Assembly: GCA_963726245.1 (NCBI GenBank) | Contig: CAVSBT010000017.1 | Location: 128,001 to 192,000 of the forward strand | DNA length: 64,000 nucleotides | From: an uncultured Chloroflexia bacterium | Lineage (GTDB): Bacteria > Chloroflexota > Dehalococcoidia > DSTF01 > JALHUB01 | Direction of reading: 5' to 3' | Shown here: positions 21,301 to 33,868 of the stretch, in pieces | How the letters are laid out: every line of letters begins with the position of its first letter | Position numbering within the stretch: the first letter of the stretch is position 1 | Made by a program: the position numbers and the translations under genes | Notes under the pieces: generated by a model | Database searches by the model: none | Told to the model about the DNA's origin: nothing | Seen by the model: only the letters and a program-made list of their open reading frames with translations

Positions 21301-22341
21301 TCAGCAGATCCGCGGCAACTGCTCGCCGCTCATCATGTCGACGATGCGCTCGCCGCCGATCCTGGTCTTCATCACCACGACGCCCGCGTGCTCGGCGGCC
21401 ACCCGGCCGATGAGGGCGGCGCGGGCCCCCAGGGGGTGCCGGCGCAACGTCTCCAGGGCGCGCGCTCCCTGTCCCTCGGCCACGATGGCCAGGAAGTTGC
21501 CCTCGTTGGCCACGTAGAGGGGGTCCAGGCCCAGGATCTCGCACACGCCCTCCACGTCGGCCGGGATGGGCAGGGGCTCCTCGTCGAGCCGGATGCCCAC
21601 GCCGCCGCGCCCCGCCATCTCGTTCAGCGCCGAGGAGACGCCGCCGCGGGTGGGGTCGCGCAGCATGTGGATGTCCAGCCCGGCCGCCGCCAGCGCCTCC
21701 ACCATCGGGTAGACGGGGGCGCTGTCGCTCCTGATCTCCGTCTCCAGCTCGATGCCCTCCCGCAGGGCCATGATGGCGATGCCGTGCAGCCCGATGGGGC
21801 CGCTGATCACGATCTCGTCGCCGGGGCGCAGCCGGTGCGGCCCCACGTCGAGGCCCGGCAGCACCGAGCCGATGCCGGAGGTATTGATGAAGACGCCGTC
21901 GCCCTTTCCCCTCTCGACGACCTTGGTGTCGCCGGTGACGACCTGCACCCCGGCCTCGGCCGCCGCCTCGCGGATGGAGACGATGACGCTCCAGAGCTCC
22001 TCCATGGGCAGCCCCTCCTCCAGGATGAGGCCGCAACTGATGAAGAGGGGCCGCGCCCCGCACATGGCGAGGTCGTTGGCCGTGCCGAAGACGGAGAGGC
22101 GGCCGATGTCGCCGCCCGGGAAGAAGAGCGGGTGGACCACGTGGGAGTCGGTGGTGAAGGCCAGGCGGCCGCCGTCCAGGGAGAGGATGGCGCCGTCGTG
22201 CAGGGGCTCCAGGAGCCGGTTCTCGAAGGAGGGGTAGAGCATCTTCTCGATAAGGTGCTGGCTGAGGCGGCCGCCGCCGCCGTGGGCCAGGAGCACCCGC
22301 GGGTACTCGCTGAGGGGTATCGGGCAGGTGAACTCGGTCAT
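21301..22341 (-). CDS. hypE: hydrogenase maturation carbamoyl dehydratase
   Basis: [38 protein letters not shown]-terminal GEQLPRIC. Confidence 0.97.
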   Translation of the reverse strand: MTEFTCPIPLSEYPRVLLAHGGGGRLSQHLIEKMLYPSFENRLLEPLHDGAILSLDGGRLAFTTDSHVVHPLFFPGGDIGRLSVFGTANDLAMCGARPLFISCGLILEEGLPMEELWSVIVSIREAAAEAGVQVVTGDTKVVERGKGDGVFINTSGIGSVLPGLDVGPHRLRPGDEIVISGPIGLHGIAIMALREGIELETEIRSDSAPVYPMVEALAAAGLDIHMLRDPTRGGVSSALNEMAGRGGVGIRLDEEPLPIPADVEGVCEILGLDPLYVANEGNFLAIVAEGQGARALETLRRHPLGARAALIGRVAAEHAGVVVMKTRIGGERIVDMMSGEQLPRIC

Positions 22342-23438
22342 CGCCTCACCGCCTCCTGCCGCCGGTAGGCGTAGTAGGCGGCGCAGGCGCCTTCGGCGGA
22401 GACCATGGGCGCCCCCAGCGGGCGCTCGGGGGTGCAGTCCGTGCCGAAGGCCGGGCACTCGGGCGGCTTCTTCACCCCCTGGAGGACGAGGCCGCTGATG
22501 CAGACCTCCGCCTCCTGGCAGGTCATGTCCTGGAGGCCGAAGACGCGGGCGGCGTCGAAGCGGGCGTAGGCCTCGCGCAGGCGCAGGCCGCTGCGGGGGA
22601 TGAGGCCGATGCCCCGCCACTTGTGGTCCATCACCTCGAAGATCTCCGCCATGATGGCCTGGGCCTGGCGGTTGCCCTCCCGCCGCACCGAGCGCGCGTA
22701 CTGGTTCTCCACCTCGTGGCGGCCCTCCTCGAGCTGTGTGAGGAGCATGAGGATGCCCTGGAGGAGGTCCAGGGGCTCGAAGCCGGTGACCACGATGGGC
22801 ACCCGGCGCTCGCGGGCGATGGGCTCGTACTCGCAGTAGCCGGTGACGGTGCAGACGTGGCCGGGGGCCAGGAAGCCCTGCACCTGGTTGTCGGGCGAGG
22901 CGGCGATCAGCTCCACGGCCGGCGGCACCAGCACGTGGGAGGTGAGGACGAAGAAGTTGTCCAGGCCCTGGCGGTGGGCCAGCCAGACGGCCATGGCGTT
23001 GGCGGGGGCCGTCGTCTCGAAGCCGATGGCGAAGAAGATGACCTTTCGCTCCGGGTTCTGGCGGGCCAGCTTGACGGCGTCCAGCGGCGAATAGACCATG
23101 CGCACGTCGCCGCCCTCCGCCTTCACGCTCAGGAGGTCCTTCTCGCTGCCGGGGACGCGCAGCATGTCGCCGTAGGAGACGAAGATGACGTCCGGGCGGC
23201 CCGCCAGCGCCACCGCCTGGTCGATGGCCTCCACGGGGGTGACGCAGACGGGACAGCCGGGCCCGTGCACGAGGGTGACCGCCTCCGGCAGCATCTGGTC
23301 GATGCCGTAGCGGAGGAGGGTGTGGGTCTGGCTGCCGCAGACCTCCATGATGACCCAGGGACGGGTCACCACCGCCTCGATCCGGCGCAGCAGCCTCTTG
23401 GCCGCCGGGGCGTCGCGGTACTCGTCCAGGTACTTCAC
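22338..23438 (-). CDS. hypD: hydrogenase maturation protein HypD
   Basis: [44 protein letters not shown]. Confidence 0.97.
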   Translation of the reverse strand: MKYLDEYRDAPAAKRLLRRIEAVVTRPWVIMEVCGSQTHTLLRYGIDQMLPEAVTLVHGPGCPVCVTPVEAIDQAVALAGRPDVIFVSYGDMLRVPGSEKDLLSVKAEGGDVRMVYSPLDAVKLARQNPERKVIFFAIGFETTAPANAMAVWLAHRQGLDNFFVLTSHVLVPPAVELIAASPDNQVQGFLAPGHVCTVTGYCEYEPIARERRVPIVVTGFEPLDLLQGILMLLTQLEEGRHEVENQYARSVRREGNRQAQAIMAEIFEVMDHKWRGIGLIPRSGLRLREAYARFDAARVFGLQDMTCQEAEVCISGLVLQGVKKPPECPAFGTDCTPERPLGAPMVSAEGACAAYYAYRRQEAVRR

Positions 23439-23671
23439 AGGGCCGCCTCTTCCATCTCTTGCAGGAGGCGGAACACGGACTGCGCCTCCTCGGCATCGAT
23501 GACGCTGATGGCGAAGCCGGCGTGGACTATCACGTACTCGCCCACCTGGGCCTCCGGCACCAGGTTCAGGTTCGCCTCGCGGACCACGCCGCCGAAGCGC
23601 ACCCGGGCCTGGCGCAGGCCCTGGGCGTCCTCTTCAATCGACAGGATTTCGCCGGGGATACCAAGGCACAT
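23435..23671 (-). CDS. hypC: hydrogenase maturation chaperone HypC
   Basis: MCLGIPG...[13 protein letters not shown]. Confidence 0.97.
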   Translation of the reverse strand: MCLGIPGEILSIEEDAQGLRQARVRFGGVVREANLNLVPEAQVGEYVIVHAGFAISVIDAEEAQSVFRLLQEMEEAAL

Positions 23672-23672
23672 C

Positions 23673-25937
<2,265 letters not shown>

Positions 25938-25938
25938 G

Positions 25939-26313
25939 CTAGCGCTCCAGCTCCAGGTGGCGGATCAGGCAGCCCGTATCGCCCTCGACCTGCACGCGGG
26001 CGGAGCCGCAGTGGGGGCAGCGGGCCAGCAAGTAATGGGCATCCAGCTCATGGTCGTCCGAAGGCTCGAACGAAGAATGGCGCCGGCAGTCGGCGCAGAA
26101 CAGCGAGGCGGCGGCCCTCACGGCGCGGACGGTGGCGTCCTTTCCCAGGCCTTCCCCGAGGGACTCCTTCACCCAGAAGGCGATGTTGTCGACGCTGCCG
26201 TGCACCAGGCCGCCGACCTCGATGTCGACGGCGACGATGCGCCGGGCGCCCTCGCGCTCCGCCTCGGCCTTCAGCCGCTTGGCGATCTCCTGGGCCAGGC
26301 TGAACTCATGCAT
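25939..26313 (-). CDS. hypA: hydrogenase nickel metallochaperone HypA
   Basis: N-terminal MHE, CADC and CPHC. Confidence 0.93.
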   Translation of the reverse strand: MHEFSLAQEIAKRLKAEAEREGARRIVAVDIEVGGLVHGSVDNIAFWVKESLGEGLGKDATVRAVRAAASLFCADCRRHSSFEPSDDHELDAHYLLARCPHCGSARVQVEGDTGCLIRHLELER

Positions 26314-26439
26314 GGCGGTGCTCCAGCAGCAGTCCTCCCACCCGGCGACGAGGGCAGGCAGCTACACCTCAAGCTGGGGCAAGAGCCCTAACGCAGTAGT
26401 ATAAGCGGTTCTTGGGCAATAAGCGCCCAGAGCCTCGGG

Positions 26440-28155
26440 CTATCCGCCGCCGGGCGCAGGAGTGGTGCGGGCGCGGACCTCGGCAGCGGCGCCGCTCCAG
26501 GGGGCAGAGGGTGGCCTCTTTGTCCCGCCGGCCCTTGAGCTCGGCGGAGGCCTTCTCCAGGGTGCGCGGGCTGACGGTGATGCGCAGGGGCATGCCCAGG
26601 AGGTCGGCGTCGTTGAACTTGACGCCGGGCGACTCCTCGCGGTCGTCGTAGAGCACGTCGACGCCGGCGGCCTGGAGGTCGGCGTAGAGGCGGTCGGCGG
26701 CCTCGGCGACGCCGGGGCGGTCGGTGTTCAGGGACACCAGGTGGGCGTCGAAGGGGGCCAGCGAGGCGGGCCAGATGATGCCCTTCTCGTCGTGGTTGGC
26801 CTCGACGACGGCGGCCAGCAGGCGCTCCAGCCCGATGCCGTAGCAGCCCATGACGGCGGGGCGGGCTACGCCCTGGCTGTCCAGGAAGGTGGCGCCGAGC
26901 TTCTCGCTGTAGACGGTGCCCAGCTTGAAGACGTGGCCCATCTCGATGCCCCGGTCGCGGCGCAGCTTCGAGCCGCAGGAGGGGCAGGGGTCGCCGTCGC
27001 GGGCCAGGGCGATGTCCGTCACCAGGTCGGCCGACCAGTCGCGGCCGTAGTTGACGTTGCGCAGGTGGGCGTCCGGCTTGTTGGCGCCGGCCACCAGGTT
27101 GGGCGACCCCGGCGCCGAGTCGTCGGCCACGATGCGCACGTTCTTGAGGCCCATCGGCGACGCGTAGCCGGCCACCAGGCCCGCCGCCTCCAGCTCGCGG
27201 TCGTCCATGAGGCGCAGCTCGTCGACGCCCAGGGCGTCGCGCAGCTTGGTCTCGTTGACGTCCAGGTCGCCGCGGATGGCCACGAAGACCGGCTGGCCGC
27301 CGGCGGAGTAGAAGACGGCCTTGCAGCGTCTTCCAGGGCGGGATGCTCAGGAAGTTGGCCAGGTCTTCGATGGTCTTGATGCCCGGCGTGGAGACTTCCT
27401 CGACCGGCAGGGGCTCTTCGGGCTCGGGCTGGCGCTTGCGGATCTCCGCCTTCTCCGTGTTGGCGGCGTAGCCGCAGCTCTCGCAGAGCACCACCTCGTC
27501 CTCGCCGACGTCGCAGAGGTACATGAACTCCTGGTTGTCGCGGCCGCCGATGGCCCCCGAGTCGGCCTGGACGGCGACGGTCGGCACGCCGCAGCGGTCG
27601 AAGATGTTCTTGTAGGCCTGGAGCATCTTCTGGTAGCTCACGTCCAGGCCCTCCCAGTCGACGTCGAAGCTGTAGAGGTCCTTCATCGTGAACTCGCGCA
27701 GGCGGATGAGGCCGCCGCGGGGGCGCGGCTCGTCGCGGAACTTGGTCTGGATCTGGTAGATCATGACGGGCAGGTCGCGGTAGCTCTGGACGTGGCGCTT
27801 GAAGAGCTCCACGGTGATCTCCTCGTGGGTGGGGCCGAGCGCCAGGTAGCGGTCGCGGCGGTCCTTGAGGACGAACAGGTTGTCGCCGAAGGCCTCGTCG
27901 CCTGCCGGAGGCCTCCCAGATCTCGATGGGCTGGAGGGCGGGCATCATGAGCTCCTGGCCGCCGGCGGCGTCCATCTCCTCGCGGATGATCTGCTCGATC
28001 TTGCGCAGGACGCGCCAGCCCAGCGGCAGGTAGCTGTAGATGCCGGCCGCCAACTGCTGGACGAGGCCGGCCCGCAGGAGGAGGTGGTGGTTGGCGGTGT
28101 CGGCCTCCGCCGGGGCCTGGCGCAGCGTCTTGCCGAAGAGGCTTGAGAGGCGCAT
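26440..28155 (-). CDS. proS: proline--tRNA ligase with editing insertion (three apparent indels)
   Basis: [76 protein letters not shown]. Confidence 0.96.
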
Positions 28156-28344
28156 AGATAGCTCCTGGGCCCTGCTAAGAGGGCCCTCAGCAGCAGGATA
28201 GGGCAGGCGTTAGGGGGGGTCAAGCTAGAGTGCCTGCGGCGCCTGGTTCACGAGCCACGGCGGAGTATCCAGCCTACGGGGCCAGGCATGGACAGCACAG
28301 GGCTGACGGGCGAACGGCTCGCGACACGACCCGGTGCAGACCAT

Positions 28345-28372
28345 TTGCGAACAGACAGAGTGGGTGTAAAAT
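28345..28372 (+). promoter_or_regulatory. putative sigma70 promoter giving a near-leaderless transcript of the cyclase array
   Basis: TTGCGA-N16-TAAAAT ending 9 nt before the ATG at 28382; no SD sequence in between. Confidence 0.5.
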
Positions 28373-28381
28373 AGCGCCGTC

Positions 28382-29725
28382 ATGGAGCCACGCATCCAGT
28401 ACGCCAGGACCACTGACGGGGTGAGCATCGCCTTCTGGACGCTGGGGCAAGGGCCACCCGTCGTGCAGATGGGGCTTCCGTTCAGCCATATCCAGTTGGA
28501 GTGGCAGGACCCCGGGTGGCGCCGCTGGTACGAGCGGCTGGCGGAGAGGCGGAAGCTGGTCCGCTACGACGGGAGGGGGTCGGGCCTTTCGGACCGCAAC
28601 GTGGCCGACTACTCCCTGGACGCCCATATGCGGGACCTCCAGGCGGTGGTGGAACGCCTGGGCGTGCAGAGATTCGCTCTAGTCAGCCCTCACATGGCAT
28701 GCGTGGTCGCCGTCGCCTGCGCGGCCCGCTACCCGGAGGCCGTATCGCACCTCGTGCTGTGGTGCGCCTGGGGACTAGGCCCCCGAGGCCGCGCACAGGT
28801 ATTCGGGACGCTGAGAGAGGGGGACTGGGAGCTATACACGGAGGCATTGGCGCATGCCGGGTTGGGATGGTCGGCGGGTGAGGAAGCGCACCGCATAGCT
28901 GCCTTCATGCGGGAATGCGTGACGGCAGAAGCGGCACGCGCCATCTTCAGCGCGCTTGCGCGGTTTGATGTCGCGGCCGTCCTTTCGCAAGTGACGTCGC
29001 CCACCTTGATACTCCAGCGTCGCCAGGTCGCGGCGCTTCCCGGCGTGGAGATCGCCAAGGATCTTGCCTCCGGAATTCCGGACGCCCGCCTGGCCCTCCT
29101 GGAGGGGGCGTCGCTCTTGCCGTGGGTAGGCGACATGGAGGCGGTGCTGGCGGCCATCGACGAGTTCCTGGGGGATACCGAGCCGGCCCCAGCGGGAGCC
29201 GAACAGCACGCGGCAGGCGCTTTTCGCACCGTCCTGTTCACCGACGTGGAGGGGTCTACAAGCCTAACCCAGCGGCTCGGCGACGCGAAGGCGCGGGAGC
29301 TGTTGCGTGAGCATGGGCGCATCGTACGCGAGGCGCTGCGGGCCCACGGCGGCTTCGAGGTGAAGACCATGGGCGACGGCTTCATGGCCTGCTTCACCTC
29401 CGCGACGCGGGCGCTGGAGTGCGCCATCGCCATGCAGCGGGCGTTTGCCGAGCACAACGAGCCGGCGGCGGAGCCGATAAGGGTGCGTGTGGGGCTGAAC
29501 GCCGGCGAGCCGATTGAGGAGGAGAAAGACCTGTTCGGGACGGCGGTGATCCTGGCGGCGCGCATTGCGGCCCGGGCAGAGGGCGGTGAGATCCTGGCCT
29601 CGGACGTGGTGCGGCAGCTCGTGGCGGGCAAGGGCTTCCTCTTCTCCGATCGCGGCGATGTAGCCCTGCGCGGCTTCGAGGACCCGGTGCGGCTGTACGA
29701 GGTGCGCTGGGGGGAGGAGGGGTGA
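28382..29725 (+). CDS. alpha/beta-hydrolase-fold (triad-less) + class III adenylate cyclase, copy 1
   Basis: IQYARTTDGVSIAF, VRYDGRGSGLSDR; elbow FALVSPHMAC; cyclase LFTDVEGST, EVKTMGDGFM, RVGLNAGE, DLFGTAVILAARI, LRGFEDPVRLYEV. Confidence 0.93.
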   Translation: MEPRIQYARTTDGVSIAFWTLGQGPPVVQMGLPFSHIQLEWQDPGWRRWYERLAERRKLVRYDGRGSGLSDRNVADYSLDAHMRDLQAVVERLGVQRFALVSPHMACVVAVACAARYPEAVSHLVLWCAWGLGPRGRAQVFGTLREGDWELYTEALAHAGLGWSAGEEAHRIAAFMRECVTAEAARAIFSALARFDVAAVLSQVTSPTLILQRRQVAALPGVEIAKDLASGIPDARLALLEGASLLPWVGDMEAVLAAIDEFLGDTEPAPAGAEQHAAGAFRTVLFTDVEGSTSLTQRLGDAKARELLREHGRIVREALRAHGGFEVKTMGDGFMACFTSATRALECAIAMQRAFAEHNEPAAEPIRVRVGLNAGEPIEEEKDLFGTAVILAARIAARAEGGEILASDVVRQLVAGKGFLFSDRGDVALRGFEDPVRLYEVRWGEEG

Positions 29726-31114
29726 TGGAACAGCACATACGCTTCTGCACCAGCTCGGATGGGACGCGCATAGCCTACGCCACCGTGGGCCAGGGGTGGC
29801 CGGTGATCAGCATCCGCCCGTGGTTCACCCATTTAGAGTTCGAGTGGGAGAACTCGATGTGGCGGTCTTCCATCGAACGCCTGTCCGCACGTCATCTCCT
29901 GATTCGCCACGACGCGCGCGGCATGGGGCTATCCGACCACCAGGTGAGCGACTATTCCCCCGAAGCCCAGGTGCGCGACCTGGAAGCGGTGGTTGACGCC
30001 CTGGGCCTTGAACGCTTTGCCCTATACGGCATCTCCCAGGGCGGGGCAACGTGCATCACTTACGCCGTGCGCTACCCCGAGCGCGTTAGCCACCTGATAC
30101 TCCAGGGCTCGTTCGCCCGCATGGGGTGGTTTATTGACACAGAGGAGGGGCAGCAACGCTTCCAGACTGCCCTGAGCCTGATGCCGCAAGGATGGGGTTC
30201 GGATCTGCCTGCGTACCGGCAGTTCTTCACCAGCCTGTTCATGCCGGACGCGGACGCGGAGGCGATACGGCAGTTCAATGAGATGCAACGGATCTCCGCT
30301 TCGCCCGAGAATGCCGCTGCCGTGCTCTCAGCAATACGAGACACTGATGTGAGTGAGCTCCTATCGCAGGTGAGAGCGCCCACACTCGTGGTCCACTGTC
30401 GGGGGGACGCCATCGTGCCGTTTGAGGCGGGCCGGGAGCTCGCAGCCGGTATTTCGGGTGCCCGTTTCCTCCCTCTGGACAGCAAGAATCACGCTCTGCA
30501 GCCGCACGAGTCGGCAGCAGAGGCCTTAGGAAGAGCGGTGAACGAGTTCCTGGGCGAGGGCGAAGAGGTCGCCGCGGCGAGAGCCGAGTCGGCGGCGGCA
30601 GGCGCCTTCCGCACCGTCCTGTTCACGGACGTGGAGGGGTCGACGGCGCTGACCCAGCGGCTGGGGGACGCCAAGGCGCGCGAGGTGCTGCGAAACCACG
30701 AGCGCATCGTGCGGGAGGCGCTGCGGGCCCACGGCGGCTCCGAGGTGAAGACGCATGGGCGACGGCTTCATGGCCTCGCTTCTCCTCCGCGACGCGGGCG
30801 CTGGAGTGCGCCATCGCCATGCAGCGGGCCTTCGCCGAGCACAACGAGGCGGCGGAGCGAGCCCATGAGGGTGCGCATCGGGCTGAACGCCGGCGAGCCG
30901 ATAGCGGAGGACGAGGACCTGTTCGGCACGGCGGTGAACCTGGCGGCGCGCATCGCGGCCCGGGCAGAGGGTGGGGAGATCCTGGCCTCGGACGTGGTGA
31001 GGCAACTAGTGGCGGGCAAGGGCTTCCTGTTCTCCGACCGCGGCGATGTGGCGCTGCGGGGCTTCGAGGACCCGGTGCGGCTATACGAGCGTGCGGTGGC
31101 AGGAGGAGGGCTGA
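29725..31114 (+). CDS. alpha/beta hydrolase (intact triad) + class III adenylate cyclase, copy 2 (apparent indels in cyclase domain)
   Basis: GISQGG, HCRGD, SKNH; LFTDVEGST, DLFGTAVNLAARI; TGATG overlaps at both ends. Confidence 0.9.
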
Positions 31115-32490
31115 TGGAACAGCAGATCCGTTTCTGTACCACATCCGACGGCGTTCGCATCGCCTACGCCACCGTGGGGCAGGGGCCACCCCTGGTCCGC
31201 GTCCTCGGCTGGTTCACCCACCTGGAGTTTGAATGGGAGAATCCTATCTGGCGGGGTTTCATCGATGGTCTATCCCGCCGTCTTTTCCTGGTTCGCTACG
31301 ATGGCCGGGGCATGGGCCTGTCCGATCGTGACGTAAAGGACTATTCCCTGGAGACCCATGTGCGTGACCTAGAAGCAGTGGTTGACGCCGTTGGTTTTGA
31401 GAAGGTCGCCATGTTAGGCTTCTCTCAGGGCGGGCCGGCAGCCATTGCTTACGCGGTACGCCATCCTGCGCGCGTCAGCCACCTCATACTCTATGGCTCG
31501 TTCGCTCGCCAGCGGGCCCTCGACACGGAGGAAGGCCGTCAACAGGCTGTGGCCATGGGGACGCTAATCCGCCAGGGGTGGGGCAGTGACTCGCCAGCGT
31601 ACCGCCAGTTCTTCACGGGCGTGTTCATGCCCGATGCCGACAGCGACACTATTCGAGGCTTCAACGAACTCCAGCGGGTCTCCGCCTCCGCCGACGATGT
31701 TGTGGCGCTTGCGGCTGCCGACCTGCGGATAGACGTCCGGGAACTCCTCCCGCAGGTAGCGCCACCCACATTGGTAATTCACCGTCGTGGTGATACAGCT
31801 ACCCCATTTGAGCTGGGTCGAGAGCTTGCCGCCGGCATCCCCGGGGCCCGCTTCCTCCCCTTGGACGGCAGGAACCACGCCTTCTTCGTGCCCAACGATC
31901 CTGTGAAGGAGACCATCTACAAGGCTATCGAAGAGTTCGTTGGCGTGGGTGGCGAGGCTGAGGCGGTAGCTGCTCCCTGGGGTCTCTGCACTATCCTCTT
32001 CACGGACGTGGAGGGGTCGACGGCGCTGACCGAACGGCTGGGGGACGCGAAGGCGCGGGAGGTGCTGCGGAAGCACGAGCGCATCGTGCGGGAGGCGCTG
32101 CAGGCCCACGGCGGCGCGGAGGTGAAGGCGATGGGGGACGGGTTCATGGCCTCGTTCTCCTCGGCGACGCGGGCGCTGGAGTGCGCCATCGCCATGCAGC
32201 GGGCCTTCGCCGCAGCACAACGAGTCGGCCGCGACGAGCCCATAAGCGTGCGCATCGGGCTCAACGCCGGCGAGCCGATAGCGGAGGACGAGGACCTGTT
32301 CGGGACGGCGGTGAACCTGGCGGCTCGCATCGCGGCGAGGCGGAGGGCGGCGAGATACTGGCCTCGGACGTCGTGCGGCAACTGGTGGCGGGCAAGGGGT
32401 TCCTGTTCTCGGACCGCGGCGATGTGGTGCTGCGCGGGCTTCGAGGACCCGGTGCGGCTGTACGAGGTGCGCTGGGGGGAGGAGGGGTGA
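31114..32490 (+). CDS. alpha/beta hydrolase (intact triad) + class III adenylate cyclase, copy 3 (apparent indels near 3' end)
   Basis: MEQQIRFCTTSDGVRIAY, GFSQGG, HRRGD, GRNH; LFTDVEGST, EVKAMGDGFM, DLFGTAVNLAARI. Confidence 0.9.
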   Translation: MEQQIRFCTTSDGVRIAYATVGQGPPLVRVLGWFTHLEFEWENPIWRGFIDGLSRRLFLVRYDGRGMGLSDRDVKDYSLETHVRDLEAVVDAVGFEKVAMLGFSQGGPAAIAYAVRHPARVSHLILYGSFARQRALDTEEGRQQAVAMGTLIRQGWGSDSPAYRQFFTGVFMPDADSDTIRGFNELQRVSASADDVVALAAADLRIDVRELLPQVAPPTLVIHRRGDTATPFELGRELAAGIPGARFLPLDGRNHAFFVPNDPVKETIYKAIEEFVGVGGEAEAVAAPWGLCTILFTDVEGSTALTERLGDAKAREVLRKHERIVREALQAHGGAEVKAMGDGFMASFSSATRALECAIAMQRAFAAAQRVGRDEPISVRIGLNAGEPIAEDEDLFGTAVNLAARIAARRRAARYWPRTSCGNWWRARGSCSRTAAMWCCAGFEDPVRLYEVRWGEEG

Positions 32491-33838
32491 TGGAGCCGCG
32501 CATCCAGTACGCCAAGACCGCCGACGGCGTGAGCATCGCCTTCTGGACGCTGGGGCAAGGCGTGCCCTTCGTGCAATGCCAAATCTTCCCTGGAGCCATA
32601 TCCAACTGGAGTGGCAGAATCCCGGGTGGCGCCGCTGGTACGAGCGGCTGGCGGAGAAGAGGAAGCTGGTCCGCTACGATGGGAGGGGGACGGGCCTTTC
32701 GGACCGCAACGTGGCCGACTACTCCGTCGATGCCCATATGCTGGACCTGCAGGCGGTGGTGGAACGCCTGGGCGTGCAGAGATTCGTTCTGTGTCGGCTT
32801 TGTCAACGCAGCGCCGGTCGCCATCGCCTACGCGGCCCGCCACCCGGAGGCCGTATCGCAGCTTGTGCTGTGGTGCCCCTGGTGGTGCGGCACGCGCAGC
32901 CCGTCGAGCGCACATTGCGCTGAGCAATGGCAGGGGGACTGGGAGCTATTCACGGAGGCAGTGGCGCATGCCGCGTTCGGGTGGTCGGCGGGTGAGGAAG
33001 CGCACCGCTTCGCTGCCTACATGCGGGAATGCGCCACGCCAGAGGCGGCACGCGCCATCTTTCGCGCGCTTGCAGAGTTTGATGTCGCGGCCGTGCTTCC
33101 GCAAGTGAGGTCGCCTACCTTGATACTGCAGCGTCGCCAGGCCACGGGGATTCCCGCTCTGGAGATCGCGAAGGCTCTTGCCTCCGGAATACCGGATGCC
33201 CGCCTCGCCCTCCTGGAGGGGGCGTCGCTCGCGCCGTGGGTGGGCGACATGGAGGCGGTGCTGGCGGCCATCGACGAGTTCCTGGGCGAGTGGCGAGCCC
33301 GCCCCAGCCGGAGCCGAGGCGCCCGCGGCGGGCGGTCTCTGCACCATCCTCTTCACGGACGTGGAGGGGTCGACGGCGCTGACCAACGGCTGGGGGACGC
33401 GAAGGCGCGCGAGGTGCTGCGAAACCACGAGCGCATCGTGCGGGAGGCGCTGCGGGCCCACGGCGGCGCGGAGGTGAAGGCGATGGGGGACGGGTTCATG
33501 GCGTCGTTCTCCTCGGCGACGCGGGCGCTGGAGTGCGCCATCGCCATGCAGCGGGCCTTCGCCGAGCACAACGAGTGCGGCGCGAGCGAGCGCCGATAAG
33601 CGTCCGCATCGGGCTGAACGCGGGCGAGCCGATAGCGGAGGACGAGGACCTGTTCGGGACGGCGGTGAACATGGCGGCGCGCATTGCGGCGCAGGCAGAG
33701 GGCGGTGGGATCCTGGCCTCGGACGTGGTGCGGCAACTGGTGGCGGGCAAGGGCTTCCTGTTCGCGGACCGCGGCGATGTGGCGCTGCGGGGCTTCGAGG
33801 ACCCGGTGCGGCTGTACGAGGTGCGCTGGGAGGCGTAG
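32490..33838 (+). CDS. alpha/beta-hydrolase-fold (triad-less) + class III adenylate cyclase, copy 4 (several apparent indels)
   Basis: MEPRIQYAKTADGVSIAFW, close DNA similarity to the copy 1 N-domain; EVKAMGDGFM, DLFGTAVNMAARI, LYEVRWEA*. Confidence 0.88.
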
Positions 33839-33868
33839 TGCCTCGCTGCCGGGCCAGCCGCATTCCCC

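Noticed and set aside
29722-32490. 922-aa double hydrolase-cyclase fusion in the ORF track
   Set aside because: The junction has the same GGAGGAGGG..TGATG stop/start overlap as the other copies; an extra C in TACGAGCGTGCGG (vs TACGAGGTGCGC) creates the read-through.
28382-33838. Diversity-generating retroelement or invertase shufflon as the source of the repeats
   Set aside because: No reverse transcriptase or recombinase nearby, all copies are co-oriented, and differences are not adenine-specific.
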